63,059 bases of DNA, from NCBI GenBank assembly GCA_002338125.1, contig DDHN01000008.1:113094-176152 (forward strand), read 5' to 3'. The stretch is from Patescibacteria group bacterium UBA1875 (GTDB lineage: Bacteria; Patescibacteriota; CPR2; UBA1875). A model generated the notes under the pieces. The model did no database searches. It had not been told where the DNA came from and saw nothing but the letters and a program-made list of their open reading frames with translations. A program made the translations under genes and the position numbers. Below are positions 1 to 10,400 of this stretch, piece after piece (the first letter of the stretch is position 1; every line of letters begins with the position of its first letter).

Positions 1-1
1 A

Positions 2-697
2 AAATATACAACAGTAAAAAGAGGGGTCGAAGTCAAAAGTATCAATGCAGAAAGTTTAGCGGCTGATATTGAAAAGTCTCATGTCAGAGAGCTTAATATT
101 GTTATCAAGGCCGATGTTGCCGGATCACTCGATGCTATTAAAGAATCATTAATTAAGTTGAATAATAAATATGTAGTTATAAAGTTTGTTGGGGAAGGTG
201 TCGGGGAAGTTTCAGAGAATGATTTAAACATGGCCGAAGTTTCCGATAAAATTATTCTTGCCTTCAAGAGCAAAGTATCGCCGAAGATAAAAAAGGATGC
301 TCAGGCAAAGGGTGTCAGACTTAAAAGTTACGATGTTATTTACGAGCTTATCTCTGATGTGAAAAAAATAATGGCCGAATTGATGCCAGTGGAAAGGATA
401 GAGACAGTAATTGGACACCTCAAAATATTGGCAATTTTTAAAGTTTCACCCAAGAAAACCGTTGTAGGTGGCAAGGTCGAGGAGGGCAAGGTAGAAAAAG
501 GAGTCTGGGCTAGATTAAAACGAAAAGGGGAAATAATTGGTGAATATGAAATTATAGAAGTCCAAAAAGGTATGAATGTAGTTGCAAACGCTCAGGCAGG
601 AGAAGAATGCGGTATTTCTTTTTCAGAAAAGGTCAAAACTGAGGTCGGTGATGTTTTAGAATTTTACACAATTTCAGAAAAGAAGAAAGAAATGTAA
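2..697 (+). CDS. infB: Translation initiation factor IF-2, C-terminal part (5' end lies outside the window)
   Basis: The frame is open from the window edge. It contains IVIKADVAGSLDAIKESL and a C-terminal beta-barrel-like region typical of IF-2, and it is followed directly by rbfA. Confidence 0.85.
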   Translation, partial: KYTTVKRGVEVKSINAESLAADIEKSHVRELNIVIKADVAGSLDAIKESLIKLNNKYVVIKFVGEGVGEVSENDLNMAEVSDKIILAFKSKVSPKIKKDAQAKGVRLKSYDVIYELISDVKKIMAELMPVERIETVIGHLKILAIFKVSPKKTVVGGKVEEGKVEKGVWARLKRKGEIIGEYEIIEVQKGMNVVANAQAGEECGISFSEKVKTEVGDVLEFYTISEKKKEM

Positions 698-1015
698 ATG
701 AGCGAGCGGGTTAAAAGGGTTAATGAACTAATACGGGAATTAGTTTCTAGCGCCATAGCACAAAATATCGATAAAAAATATTTACCGACTGTAACGGCTG
801 TGGAAACCTCTCGAGATTTAAAAAGTGCCTTAGTCTGGGTTTCGGTTCTTAAAGATGAAGAGGGCTTCGTAGATCAGTTGAGGAAAGAAAAGAATAAAAT
901 TCAGCACGAAGTAACTTCTAAAATGTATACCAAATATACTCCGATTCTCACTTTTCAAATAGACCATTCTGGTGAACATGCTCAAAGGATAGAGGAGCTT
1001 TTAAATGGAAATTGA
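698..1015 (+). CDS. rbfA: Ribosome-binding factor A
   Basis: 105 aa. The ATG abuts the infB stop (TAAATG). The N-terminus (RVNELIRELVS) is RbfA-like and the gene sits in the conserved position after infB. Confidence 0.8.
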   Translation: MSERVKRVNELIRELVSSAIAQNIDKKYLPTVTAVETSRDLKSALVWVSVLKDEEGFVDQLRKEKNKIQHEVTSKMYTKYTPILTFQIDHSGEHAQRIEELLNGN

Positions 1016-1964
1016 TTTTACTAAAACCATAATAGAGATAAATAAAGCTGATAAAATAGGGCTAGTAACTCATCTTTTAGGTGATGGCGACGCTTTTGGT
1101 TCTCTTTTGGGTTTGCGAAATATATTGGAAAAATTAGATAAAAAAGTCGTTATATTCTCCAATGAAACACTTGGCAAACAAATAGATTTTTTATCTGATA
1201 ATGCTAATTATGATCCTATAGATGAGTATATTCCAATCAACCTTTTAATAACGTTAGATACGGCTAATCTAAGTAGGCTAACTTGCCCGAATGTTTTCAG
1301 TAAAGCTTTGAAGAGTGGCACAAAAACTTTGATAATCGACCATCATGCCGAGGGCGATATTTATGATTTAGCTGATATTGTTTTAAGCAATACAGAGATT
1401 TCTAGTACTTCGGAGATAGTTTTTTGGTTGTCTCAAGAAATGGGGATGAGGCTTGATAGAGAGACTGCCGAATACCTTTTGATTGGTATTGAGACTGATA
1501 CAAACTTTTTGAAAAATCCCAACAGCGTAAACAAAACCACATTTACTGCAAAGGCAGAACTTTTAAAGTATGGTGCAAGAGCTAAAAAGATAATTGAAAA
1601 ACTAAATGAAACCAACAGTATTAACAATCTAAAATTTACCGGTAGTATTGTTAAGAGGGCTCAACTTAGTAAAAAATATGGTATTTTATCTACCTATATC
1701 ACCTCAGCTGATCAGAAGGAGTATAATATTGACCCTGGCTCTTCTTCGGCAATTTGTAATTTTTTAGATCAAGCTCGGAATGCCAAGGTAGTTTTGGTAG
1801 CGGAACAAAGAGATAATATTATTAAGGTTTCGATGCGTTCAAATAATTCAAATGTAAATGTAGCCCAATTAGCTTCATTTTTTGGTGGTGGCGGTCATGT
1901 GAAGGCAGCTGGTTTTGATTTTATCGGAAACCTAAACGATATTATAGAAAGCATAAAAGTATAA
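1005..1964 (+). CDS. DHH/DHHA1 family phosphoesterase (NrnA-like oligoribonuclease / pAp phosphatase)
   Basis: DHH motif (LIIDHHAEG) and DHHA1 motif (FFGGGGHVKAAG). 319 aa. Confidence 0.8.
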   Translation: MEIDFTKTIIEINKADKIGLVTHLLGDGDAFGSLLGLRNILEKLDKKVVIFSNETLGKQIDFLSDNANYDPIDEYIPINLLITLDTANLSRLTCPNVFSKALKSGTKTLIIDHHAEGDIYDLADIVLSNTEISSTSEIVFWLSQEMGMRLDRETAEYLLIGIETDTNFLKNPNSVNKTTFTAKAELLKYGARAKKIIEKLNETNSINNLKFTGSIVKRAQLSKKYGILSTYITSADQKEYNIDPGSSSAICNFLDQARNAKVVLVAEQRDNIIKVSMRSNNSNVNVAQLASFFGGGGHVKAAGFDFIGNLNDIIESIKV

Positions 1965-2029
1965 ATAATTGTTGACACCTTTTTCTAAAAAGCGCTACAC
2001 TAGTGGTAACAAAATGGAGGGTAAACTTT

Positions 2030-2410
2030 ATGGCTGAAAAAGGAAAAATTCTAATTGTTGAAGATGATCGATACATTTCAAAGATGTATCAGCTTAAATT
2101 ATCGCTTGAAGGTTACGAGGTTGAAGTTGCTGAAAATGGTAAAGATGGTGTTGATAAAGTAAAAGAATTTATGCCGAATATTATTCTTTTGGACATCCTG
2201 ATGCCAGAACTGGACGGTTTTGAAGTTCTAAAAATTATTAAAGGAGATGATGCCACAAAGGATATCCCAGTCCTTATAATGAGTAATCTTGGTCAGGAAG
2301 ATCATGTAGAAAAAGGAATGAAGCTTGGAGCTGTTGGCTACATAGTAAAAAGCCAGTATACTCCATCAAAAGTAGTCGAGAAAATTAAAAGTATTATAGC
2401 GGGTAAATAG
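2030..2410 (+). CDS. Stand-alone response regulator receiver (CheY-like) protein
   Basis: ILIVEDD, the LLDILMPELDG phospho-acceptor context and a conserved Lys (YIVKS), with no output domain. A GGAGGG SD lies 8 nt upstream of ATG 2030. The track ORF starts earlier, at GTG 2003. Confidence 0.8.
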   Translation: MAEKGKILIVEDDRYISKMYQLKLSLEGYEVEVAENGKDGVDKVKEFMPNIILLDILMPELDGFEVLKIIKGDDATKDIPVLIMSNLGQEDHVEKGMKLGAVGYIVKSQYTPSKVVEKIKSIIAGK

Positions 2411-2422
2411 TCCCAATAAAAA

Positions 2423-2445
2423 AGGCCGCAAATGCGGTCTTTTTT
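2423..2445 (+). terminator. Rho-independent terminator after the response regulator
   Basis: AGGCCGC-AAAT-GCGGTCT hairpin followed by a T-run. It is fused to a downstream TGaTATAAT element. Confidence 0.6.
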
Positions 2446-2462
2446 GATATAATATTTCTACT

Positions 2463-3953
2463 ATGCAAAATTATGAAACAGTTGTTGGTTTAGAAATCCA
2501 TGCCCATTTAAAAACTGAAAGTAAAATGTTTTGTCGGTGTGCTACTGCGCCAAAAGGTAGAGATTATGAATCGAGCAAAAAAGATGAACCAAATATTCGA
2601 ATTTGCCCAATCTGCACCGGGCAGCCAGGGACTCTGCCAATTGCCAATCGGAAAGCAATAGAGGACACAATCCTACTGGGGTTAGCATTAGGTTCCAGAA
2701 TTCCCGATTCTTTTAATTTTGAACGTAAAAACTATTATTATCCAGATCTGCCGAAGGCTTATCAAATAACTTCTGCTACCAGGCCACCCGTTATCGGTGG
2801 GGGTCTAGAAATAGACGTTAGAGGAAGTCAGAAGTTTATTGAACTTGATCATATTCATCTAGAAGAAGATGCCGGGAAGTTAACTCATCCAAAGGCAGGT
2901 GATTATTCGTTAGTTGATCTTAATAGAGCAGGGACTCCGTTACTTGAAATAATTACAAAACCAGTTCTTTCTTCTGGAATTGAAGCCGCAAGTTTCATGA
3001 GAAACTTACAATCAATTCTCCGATATCTAAATATCTCTGATGCTGATATGGAGAAAGGGCAGATGCGTTGTGATGCTAATATTTCCGTTCGAAAATCTGG
3101 TTCTAAGCAGCTAGGGGCAAAGGTTGAAGTTAAGAATATTAACTCATTTAAAATGGTAGCAGCAGCAATTGATTATGAGTCAAAAAGGCAAGTAGAAGCA
3201 ATAGAAAATGGGGAAAAGATAGAACAACAAACACGAGGCTGGGATTCAAATAAGGGTAAAACCATTGCTCAAAGAACAAAAGAATATGCGAACGATTATC
3301 GTTACTTTCCTGAACCTGATTTGCCTCCATTTGAAATAGGAAAAGGTAAAGCCCTTGATCCGGAAATTATTAATGACCGCCTTCCGGAATTACCGAAGGA
3401 AAAAAGAGTAAGATTCAAATCAGAATATGGTTTAGCGGAAAGCGATGCTCATATTATTTCAGCAAATTTTGATTTAGCAAAATACTTTGAAGATATCATT
3501 CTACATTTGCCAGAGGCAGCTGAAGGTTCAGCTAATGCTCGTCAAGTTGGAAAGATGGTTGCCAACCTTATGATCAATGAAATGCTCGGAAAAATTACTG
3601 GGATTGAAAATATTTATAATTCCAAAGTAACTCCCGAAAATTTTGCTGGGCTTGTTAGTCTTCTAGTTCAGGAAAAAATTACTGGGAAATTAGCTAAGAT
3701 TATACTCGCCAAGATGATTAAAACTGGGAAGTCTGCTTATAATATTGTTAAAGAAGAAGAGATCGAGAAAATAGATGTCAAAAGTCTTGAACAAATAATT
3801 AATGGAGTCATTTCGGGTAACCCTCATGAAGTAGAAAGGTACCGAAATGGAGAAACAAAACTCTTTGGATTCTTTGTGGGCCAAGTTATGAAGGAGAGCA
3901 AAGGTCAGGCAGACCCATCGGCAACCAGTAAGATACTAAGAGAAAAATTATGA
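2463..3953 (+). CDS. gatB: Asp/Glu-tRNA amidotransferase subunit B
   Basis: 496 aa. N-terminal VVGLEIHAHL and a PGTLP region, with a C-terminal YqeY-like tail. TGA stop. Confidence 0.9.
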   Translation: MQNYETVVGLEIHAHLKTESKMFCRCATAPKGRDYESSKKDEPNIRICPICTGQPGTLPIANRKAIEDTILLGLALGSRIPDSFNFERKNYYYPDLPKAYQITSATRPPVIGGGLEIDVRGSQKFIELDHIHLEEDAGKLTHPKAGDYSLVDLNRAGTPLLEIITKPVLSSGIEAASFMRNLQSILRYLNISDADMEKGQMRCDANISVRKSGSKQLGAKVEVKNINSFKMVAAAIDYESKRQVEAIENGEKIEQQTRGWDSNKGKTIAQRTKEYANDYRYFPEPDLPPFEIGKGKALDPEIINDRLPELPKEKRVRFKSEYGLAESDAHIISANFDLAKYFEDIILHLPEAAEGSANARQVGKMVANLMINEMLGKITGIENIYNSKVTPENFAGLVSLLVQEKITGKLAKIILAKMIKTGKSAYNIVKEEEIEKIDVKSLEQIINGVISGNPHEVERYRNGETKLFGFFVGQVMKESKGQADPSATSKILREKL

Positions 3954-4123
3954 GAAAACAGTCAGTCATAAACTTTATCTTCGGAATTATAATTTTGATA
4001 CTAATGGCATTGATTTATCGTTTTGCAATTGGTGGAGCAGAAGATGATTGGCGCTGCAAAAATGGCAGCTGGGTTCGGCATGGAAACCCAACAGAAGCAA
4101 TGCCTTCCGTAGAGTGCAATTAG
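3950..4123 (+). CDS. Small membrane-anchored protein (57 aa), absent from the ORF track
   Basis: The ATG overlaps the gatB stop (ATGA). It has one N-terminal TM helix (FIFGIIILILMALIY) and a short Cys-containing tail (WRCKNGSWVRHGNPTEAMPSVECN). Confidence 0.5.
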   Translation: MRKQSVINFIFGIIILILMALIYRFAIGGAEDDWRCKNGSWVRHGNPTEAMPSVECN

Positions 4124-4177
4124 TCTTTTAAAGTAATAATCTTGTAATGAAGCGTCAACTGGATTACAATTTAATTC

Positions 4178-4954
4178 GTGTCTAAAACTATATTAAAAGT
4201 AAAAAATTTAAAAAAGTCTTATCCTGCGAAGAATGGTGGAGGCAGGGTTGAAGCTGTTCGAGGGGTGTCATTTGAGGTTCTTGAAGGTGAAATATTTGGC
4301 CTTTTAGGGCCTAATGGAGCCGGGAAGACAACAACATTAGAGATGATTGAGGGCTTAAAAAAAATTGATGATGGCACAGCGGAAATAGCTGGGCTAGACG
4401 TCCAAGAGCAAACTGATAAAATCAAAAGCATTATTGGTGTCCAGTTACAATCTTCATCCTTCTTTGAGTATTTAAATCTAGCAGAGTTACTGAAATATTT
4501 TGCTTCACTATATCATCAGAAGATAGACCCGGAGAAAATTTTAACAGAAGTTGATCTATTGCCGAAAAAGAAGGCTTATGTAAAAAACCTTTCCGGGGGT
4601 CAAAAACAACGTTTCTCGATTGCTTCAGCCCTTGTAAACAAACCTAAAATTCTTTTTTTAGATGAACCAACTACCGGTCTTGATCCACAAGCCAGACGAA
4701 ATCTTTGGGGTTTGATAGGTAAAATCAGAGATAAAGGCATGACAATTGTTCTTACTACTCATTATATGGATGAAGCAGAGTATTTATGTGATCGGACAGC
4801 AATTATGGATCAAGGTGAGATAATTGCTATCGACGACCCCCAAAAGTTAATCGATGGATTGTTAAAGAAGGGTTTCAAAAAGGAAATGGCCAATAAAGGA
4901 GCTAACTTGGAAGATGTTTTTTTGGATTTAACTGGTCATGAACTGAGGGAGTAA
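4178..4954 (+). CDS. ABC transporter ATP-binding protein
   Basis: Walker A GPNGAGKTT, signature LSGGQKQR and Walker B ILFLDEPTTGLD. GTG start. Confidence 0.9.
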   Translation: MSKTILKVKNLKKSYPAKNGGGRVEAVRGVSFEVLEGEIFGLLGPNGAGKTTTLEMIEGLKKIDDGTAEIAGLDVQEQTDKIKSIIGVQLQSSSFFEYLNLAELLKYFASLYHQKIDPEKILTEVDLLPKKKAYVKNLSGGQKQRFSIASALVNKPKILFLDEPTTGLDPQARRNLWGLIGKIRDKGMTIVLTTHYMDEAEYLCDRTAIMDQGEIIAIDDPQKLIDGLLKKGFKKEMANKGANLEDVFLDLTGHELRE

Positions 4955-6066
4955 TGGAAAAAATGAAAGAATATTTAACTACGCTTGTTAAAATCACTGG
5001 TTACTCAATGAAAATGTTTTTTAGAGATCGGGCTGCTATTTTCTTTTCTCTGTTTTTACCGCTTCTCATAATGCTGATTTTTGGGATTCTTGATTTCGAG
5101 GGGAATCTAAATGTTCGTTTAACTATTATAGACAAAGCTGATAATCAGATTTCGGAGGGCTTTGTTTCTGGGCTTTCTAAAGTTGATCCGGTTACTGTTA
5201 CCGAAGGAGACGATAAAGAAGCAGCTATCGAGGCTATTGAAAACGAAGATTCAGATATGTTGATGATTCTTCCAAAAGATTTCGGGGCTTTAATAGGCAG
5301 AGAAGACACTATTCAGGAGATACCAATTTACTATAAAGAAAATACTCAAAGTAATGTTAGCCAAGTGGGCCTAACTATACTCAAAGAATATCTTGATGGG
5401 TACACGCACCAAGTAACAGGAACCCCTTATTTATTCGAACTAGCCGAAAACAAGGTAGAAGCCAAAGATTTAAAGTATATCGACTATCTCATACCGGGCA
5501 TTGTCGGTATGGGAATTATGTTTATGAGTATGTTTGGTGTCGTTGGAGCTATCGTCTCTTGGCGAGAGAGAGGAGTGATGAGGCGATTGCTAGCAACCCC
5601 AATCAGGCCGTCTATTGTCCTTGTAAGTCAGGTGATAACCCGTCTTACGATTGCAATTATGCAGGCTGCAATTATTATTCTTCTTGGGATTATCTTTTTT
5701 GATCTAACGGTTATCGGCAACTTTTTGCTAATTTTTCTAATCATAATTATGGGAGCAGCAATTTTCCTTACTTTTGGTTTCGCTATCTCCGGGGTTGGCA
5801 ATTCTCAAAATACAGCTACGGCTGTTGCAAATTTGTTCTTGATGCCACAAATGTTTTTATCGGGCACATTTTTTCCAAGAGATACTTTTCCGGAGTATTT
5901 AAAAGTGATTACTGACTACTTGCCTTTAACCTATCTTAATGACGCTCTTAGATTGGTTATGGTCGAAGGGAGAGGGTTTGTCGATATTGAGACTCCGTTA
6001 ATTGGTCTTACTGTTTGGATAGCGATTTCATTTTTTGCAGCTACAAAGCTTTTCAAGTGGGAGTGA
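4954..6066 (+). CDS. ABC-2 type transporter permease
   Basis: The start overlaps the ATPase stop (TAATG). It has an N-terminal TM helix, a large loop and a C-terminal cluster of about 5 TM helices, typical of the ABC-2 family. Confidence 0.8.
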   Translation: MEKMKEYLTTLVKITGYSMKMFFRDRAAIFFSLFLPLLIMLIFGILDFEGNLNVRLTIIDKADNQISEGFVSGLSKVDPVTVTEGDDKEAAIEAIENEDSDMLMILPKDFGALIGREDTIQEIPIYYKENTQSNVSQVGLTILKEYLDGYTHQVTGTPYLFELAENKVEAKDLKYIDYLIPGIVGMGIMFMSMFGVVGAIVSWRERGVMRRLLATPIRPSIVLVSQVITRLTIAIMQAAIIILLGIIFFDLTVIGNFLLIFLIIIMGAAIFLTFGFAISGVGNSQNTATAVANLFLMPQMFLSGTFFPRDTFPEYLKVITDYLPLTYLNDALRLVMVEGRGFVDIETPLIGLTVWIAISFFAATKLFKWE

Positions 6067-6068
6067 TC

Positions 6069-6695
6069 TTACAATAGCTTAGTCTTTTTAAATATCCGAG
6101 CCTTGAATAAATCTTTTTTAATGTATATTTGTTTTGCACCTGCCAATAGTGCAAACAACAGGGCCAAGAGCAGAGTCCATTCCGATGTCATTATTAAGAT
6201 GTCAGAGTTTAATATAAGTCCAGTGGCAAAAGCTATAATTGCAATGCTTTGTAAGATCATTTTTATTTTACCGAAAATATTTGCACCCATTGGTCGTCCG
6301 ATTACTTTATAGGCAAACCCAGAAACTATATTGGCTATAATTTCGATTAAGATGACAGTTAAGAATATTTTGATAATCAAATATTCGGTACCGATAATAA
6401 AAAGCATTAAACCGATCAAAAGCTTATCTGCAACAGGATCGATAATTTTGCCAAGATCAGTAATCTGGTTTTTTCTTCGAGCTAATGCTCCATCCAAAAA
6501 ATCTGTTGAGACAGCAAATGAGAATACAACCAAGCCTGCTAAATTGTAGTTGTTCCTAAATAACCAATAAATTAATGGTAAAAGCAAAAATCGGACCAGG
6601 GTTAGGTGGTTAGGTTTTATTTTTTCAGGGATAGCTTTAAAAAATATTTTTTCTATTAAGATATCTAGCTTATTTTGAAGATTTACTGATTTCAT
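6069..6695 (-). CDS. CDP-alcohol phosphatidyltransferase family protein
   Basis: DGx2ARx8Gx3Dx3D motif (DFLDGALARRKNQITDLGKIIDPVADK). Polytopic membrane protein. Confidence 0.85.
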   Translation of the reverse strand: MKSVNLQNKLDILIEKIFFKAIPEKIKPNHLTLVRFLLLPLIYWLFRNNYNLAGLVVFSFAVSTDFLDGALARRKNQITDLGKIIDPVADKLLIGLMLFIIGTEYLIIKIFLTVILIEIIANIVSGFAYKVIGRPMGANIFGKIKMILQSIAIIAFATGLILNSDILIMTSEWTLLLALLFALLAGAKQIYIKKDLFKARIFKKTKLL

Positions 6696-6740
6696 AGTAG
6701 TATTTTACTTCAATCACTGTATATTTGATATAATAAATAT

Positions 6741-7346
6741 ATGAAAAAAGCTAAATTATCAGAATTATGGCAAGAGGTTGAAAGCTCTTTGGCAGGGGAT
6801 AAGACTGCCGGTATCAAATTTGCCATTCTTGAAGCTCATAAAATCTTAGAAAACACTCTTCGATCGCAGGGTTACCCCGGTAAAACCTTAAAAAAACAAC
6901 TTTATTGGGCAGGCTATTCTTTGGAAGACGAAGATGGAATCAAGGCGGCGCTTGAAAAGCGTGATGATATATTACGTAATTTCGATTATGACCTCAGCAG
7001 TCTTGAAGCGGAAGAGATTATAAAAATGTATAAAAAAATTGTTCATGAAATCGTGACTAAGCCAAAATTTAGTTTCAAGAACAAATTAAAAGCTTTTTAC
7101 AAGATCCAATTAAATCCAAAATCTATTCTGTTTTGGCGAAATTTAGGTGTTATTGTTATTGTTTTATGCCTAATTAAGATTTTAGCTTATACTGAGTTTG
7201 GTAAAGTATTGTTAGGTGTGGTGGTAGCAATTACCGACTTAGTGATTTCATGGATTTCAGTAGCGGCGATAATGTTTATTGTAATTATCGTTCTCTTGGT
7301 TAATAACTATCTTGATAAAAAATCAAAGATCTTGATAAAAGAGTAA
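6741..7346 (+). CDS. Hypothetical protein with a soluble N-terminal domain and two C-terminal TM helices
   Basis: 201-aa ORF with backbone-like composition and no recognised motif. TATAAT 6729-6734 lies 6 nt upstream of the ATG. Confidence 0.6.
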   Translation: MKKAKLSELWQEVESSLAGDKTAGIKFAILEAHKILENTLRSQGYPGKTLKKQLYWAGYSLEDEDGIKAALEKRDDILRNFDYDLSSLEAEEIIKMYKKIVHEIVTKPKFSFKNKLKAFYKIQLNPKSILFWRNLGVIVIVLCLIKILAYTEFGKVLLGVVVAITDLVISWISVAAIMFIVIIVLLVNNYLDKKSKILIKE

Positions 7347-7475
7347 AATACTTTTTTATTTCGATAATTTTATCTATACTATAATTATTAAGGAGGGAGC
7401 AATTCCTTTTTTTGTTGGGGGAGAAGCATAACTGTTTCTACCAGTTATCGTTTTTAATTTTAAAACAGAGGAGTT

Positions 7476-10400
7476 ATGTCGCAATCGATAAAATCGAATA
7501 AACTGGTGAAGGGTGGATTTGTTCATCTTCATGTTCACACTCACTATTCCTTACTTGATGGAATGTGCAAAATCCCGCAACTTTTAGACCGAGCCAAAGA
7601 TTATGGGATGCCGGCAGTAGCTATAACAGATCACGGTGTTATGTATGGTGTAGTCGAATTCTTAAAAGAGGCTAGGGCAAGGGGAATAAAACCAATTATC
7701 GGGTGTGAAGTCTATATCGCTCCAAGAGGAATGAGAGACAAAACCCCAAAAATTGATACAAACCCCTCGCACTTAGTCCTTTTGGCTAAAAACGAAATTG
7801 GCTATAAAAATTTGATGGAAATGGTCACTGAGGCACATCTTGAAGGTTATTACTATAAACCGCGAATTGATAAGGAACTACTTTCAAAAAAATTCGAAGG
7901 CTTGATAGCTTTGTCTTCTTGTTTACATAGTGAAATAGCAACTAATCTTTTAGAAAAAAATGAGAAGAAGGCACAGAAGGTACTCGATTTCTATAAAAAT
8001 CTTTTTGGTGATGACTTTTATATCGAACTTCAATTTAACCCCGGACTACCGGAACAGGATATTGCTAACAAAAAATTACTAAAATTAGCTAAGAAGAATA
8101 ATGTTAAAGTTGTAGCTAGTAAAGATGTCCACTATATCGATAAAGATGATCGAGAAGCCCATGATGCTTTAATATGTGTTCAGACAGGGAAAATGGTAAG
8201 CGACGAAGACCGGATGCGCTTTAATTCAGATCAATCATTCTTGTCGCCTCAGGAGATGGCAGATGCATTTAAGGATGTACCGGAAGCGATAACCAATACG
8301 CTAGAGGTTGCCGAAAAATGTGAATTTGGAGATAACTACAAACTGCCTTTTGCAGATGAGAAGAAGATTTTAATTCCTAAATTCGATATCCCAAAAGGGA
8401 AAACCAAAAGACAGTATTTAGAAGCCCTGGTCTCAAAAGGGCTCACCCAAAGATATAAAAAAATCACCAAAGCAATAAAAGATCGAGCTGCTTATGAATT
8501 GGAAGTAATTGAAAGAATGAAATTCGAGGATTATTTTTTGATTGTTGCGGATTTTGTAAACTGGGCTAAGGGTCAAGGTATATTAGTTGGCCCTGGCAGA
8601 GGTTCGGCTGCCGGTTCTGTTGTTTCTTATGCCTTGGGTATTGTTGATTTGGACCCCTTAAAATATGATCTTCTTTTTGAAAGATTTCTGAATCCAGATC
8701 GTATTTCGATGCCTGATATTGATATGGATTTTGCTGATGATCGAAGAAGTGAAGTTATTGAATATACGGTAGAAAAATACGGTAAAGATAAAGTAGCTCA
8801 GATCATAACTTTCGGGACTATGGCAGCTAGAAATGCTGTTAGGGATACTGGTCGTGTTCTTGGTATGAGTTATGCTGAGGTTGACGAAGTTGCTAAGGCA
8901 ATTCCTTCGAATATCCCTCTGGCTGTTTCGGTCAAAGAAGTCCCAGAGTTAGCGGCCTTTTACAATCAGGGGGGTAACTACAAAAAATTATTAGATTTAG
9001 CTCAAAGGTTAGAAGGAGTGGCTCGCCATTCCTCTACTCATGCAGCCGGAGTGGTTGTAGCTCAGGAGCCTTTGGTTGAGTTTACTCCGCTTCAAAAAGC
9101 AGTTAAGGGAGATGTCTCTTGGCAAACCCAGTATGAGATGCATGCTATCGAAGATCTTGGACTACTCAAAATGGACTTTTTGGGTCTCTCAAACTTAACA
9201 ATACTGAAAAATGCTCTACGGATTATTAAAAAAGTTTATGGTAAAGAAATAAATCTTTACGAACTACCCGATGATGACAAAAAAACTTACAAACTAATGA
9301 GCCAAGGGGAAACAACAGGAGTTTTTCAGCTTGAATCTTCCGGAATGAAGCGTTATTTAAAAGAACTTAAACCTAGTTGTTTCGAGGATGTTATAGCTAT
9401 GGTGGCAATGTATCGCCCAGGACCACTTAAATCAGGTATGGTTGATGAATTCATAGAGCGAAAGCATGGAAAAAGAAAGGTAACCTATCCTCACCCATTA
9501 ATGGAAAATGCTCTTTCTGATACTTATGGAGTTATTATTTATCAAGAACAGGTGATGCAACTTTCAAAGGATATGGCCGGTTTCACCGGAGGCCAGGCTG
9601 ATACTCTTAGAAAAGCTATGGGCAAAAAAATTAAAGATTTGATGGCCAAACTTAAAGTAGAATTTATCGAAGGTTGTGTAAAAAACAAAATAGATAAAAA
9701 AATAGCTGTAAAAACTTTTGAAGATATGGAAAAATTTGCTGAATATGGCTTCAATAAATCACATGCTGCATGTTATGCTCAAATTGCCTATTGGACCGCT
9801 TATTTAAAAGCTCATTTTCCTTCGGCTTTTATGGCGGCACTTTTAACCTCAGATTATTCGGATATTGACCGAATTGCTATTGAAATTTCTGAAGCTCAAG
9901 CCATGGGGATCGAGGTCCTTGGTCCCGATGTGAATGAATCATTTTCTGAATTTGGAGTTGCAAAAGATAGCGGTCAAATTAGATATGGATTAATTGCTAT
10001 AAAAAATGTTGGTAACGGAATTGTAGAAGCGATTCTTGATGCCCGAAAAGAGGGAGGCAAATTTACTGGAATTGAAGATTTTTGTATGCGAGTTAAGGCG
10101 GAGGAGGTCAACAAGAAGGTGATGGAAGCTCTGATAAAGTCGGGTGCTTTTGACTCTTTAAGTGATAGAAGTAAGCTTTTATATAACCTTGATAAGATAC
10201 TAGCTTTTACTCAAAAGGTTCAAAAAGGAGCAATTGATGGGCAAATGGGTCTTTTTGGAGAAGAGGCCAAGAATCAGGTTGCTTTTCACCTTGAACTCAT
10301 TGAACCAGAAGAAGAGTTAACAACAGAAGAGAAATTAGCTTTCGAAAAAGAACTTCTTGGAATATATTTTTCCGAACATCCGCTTGATGCCCATCAAGAC

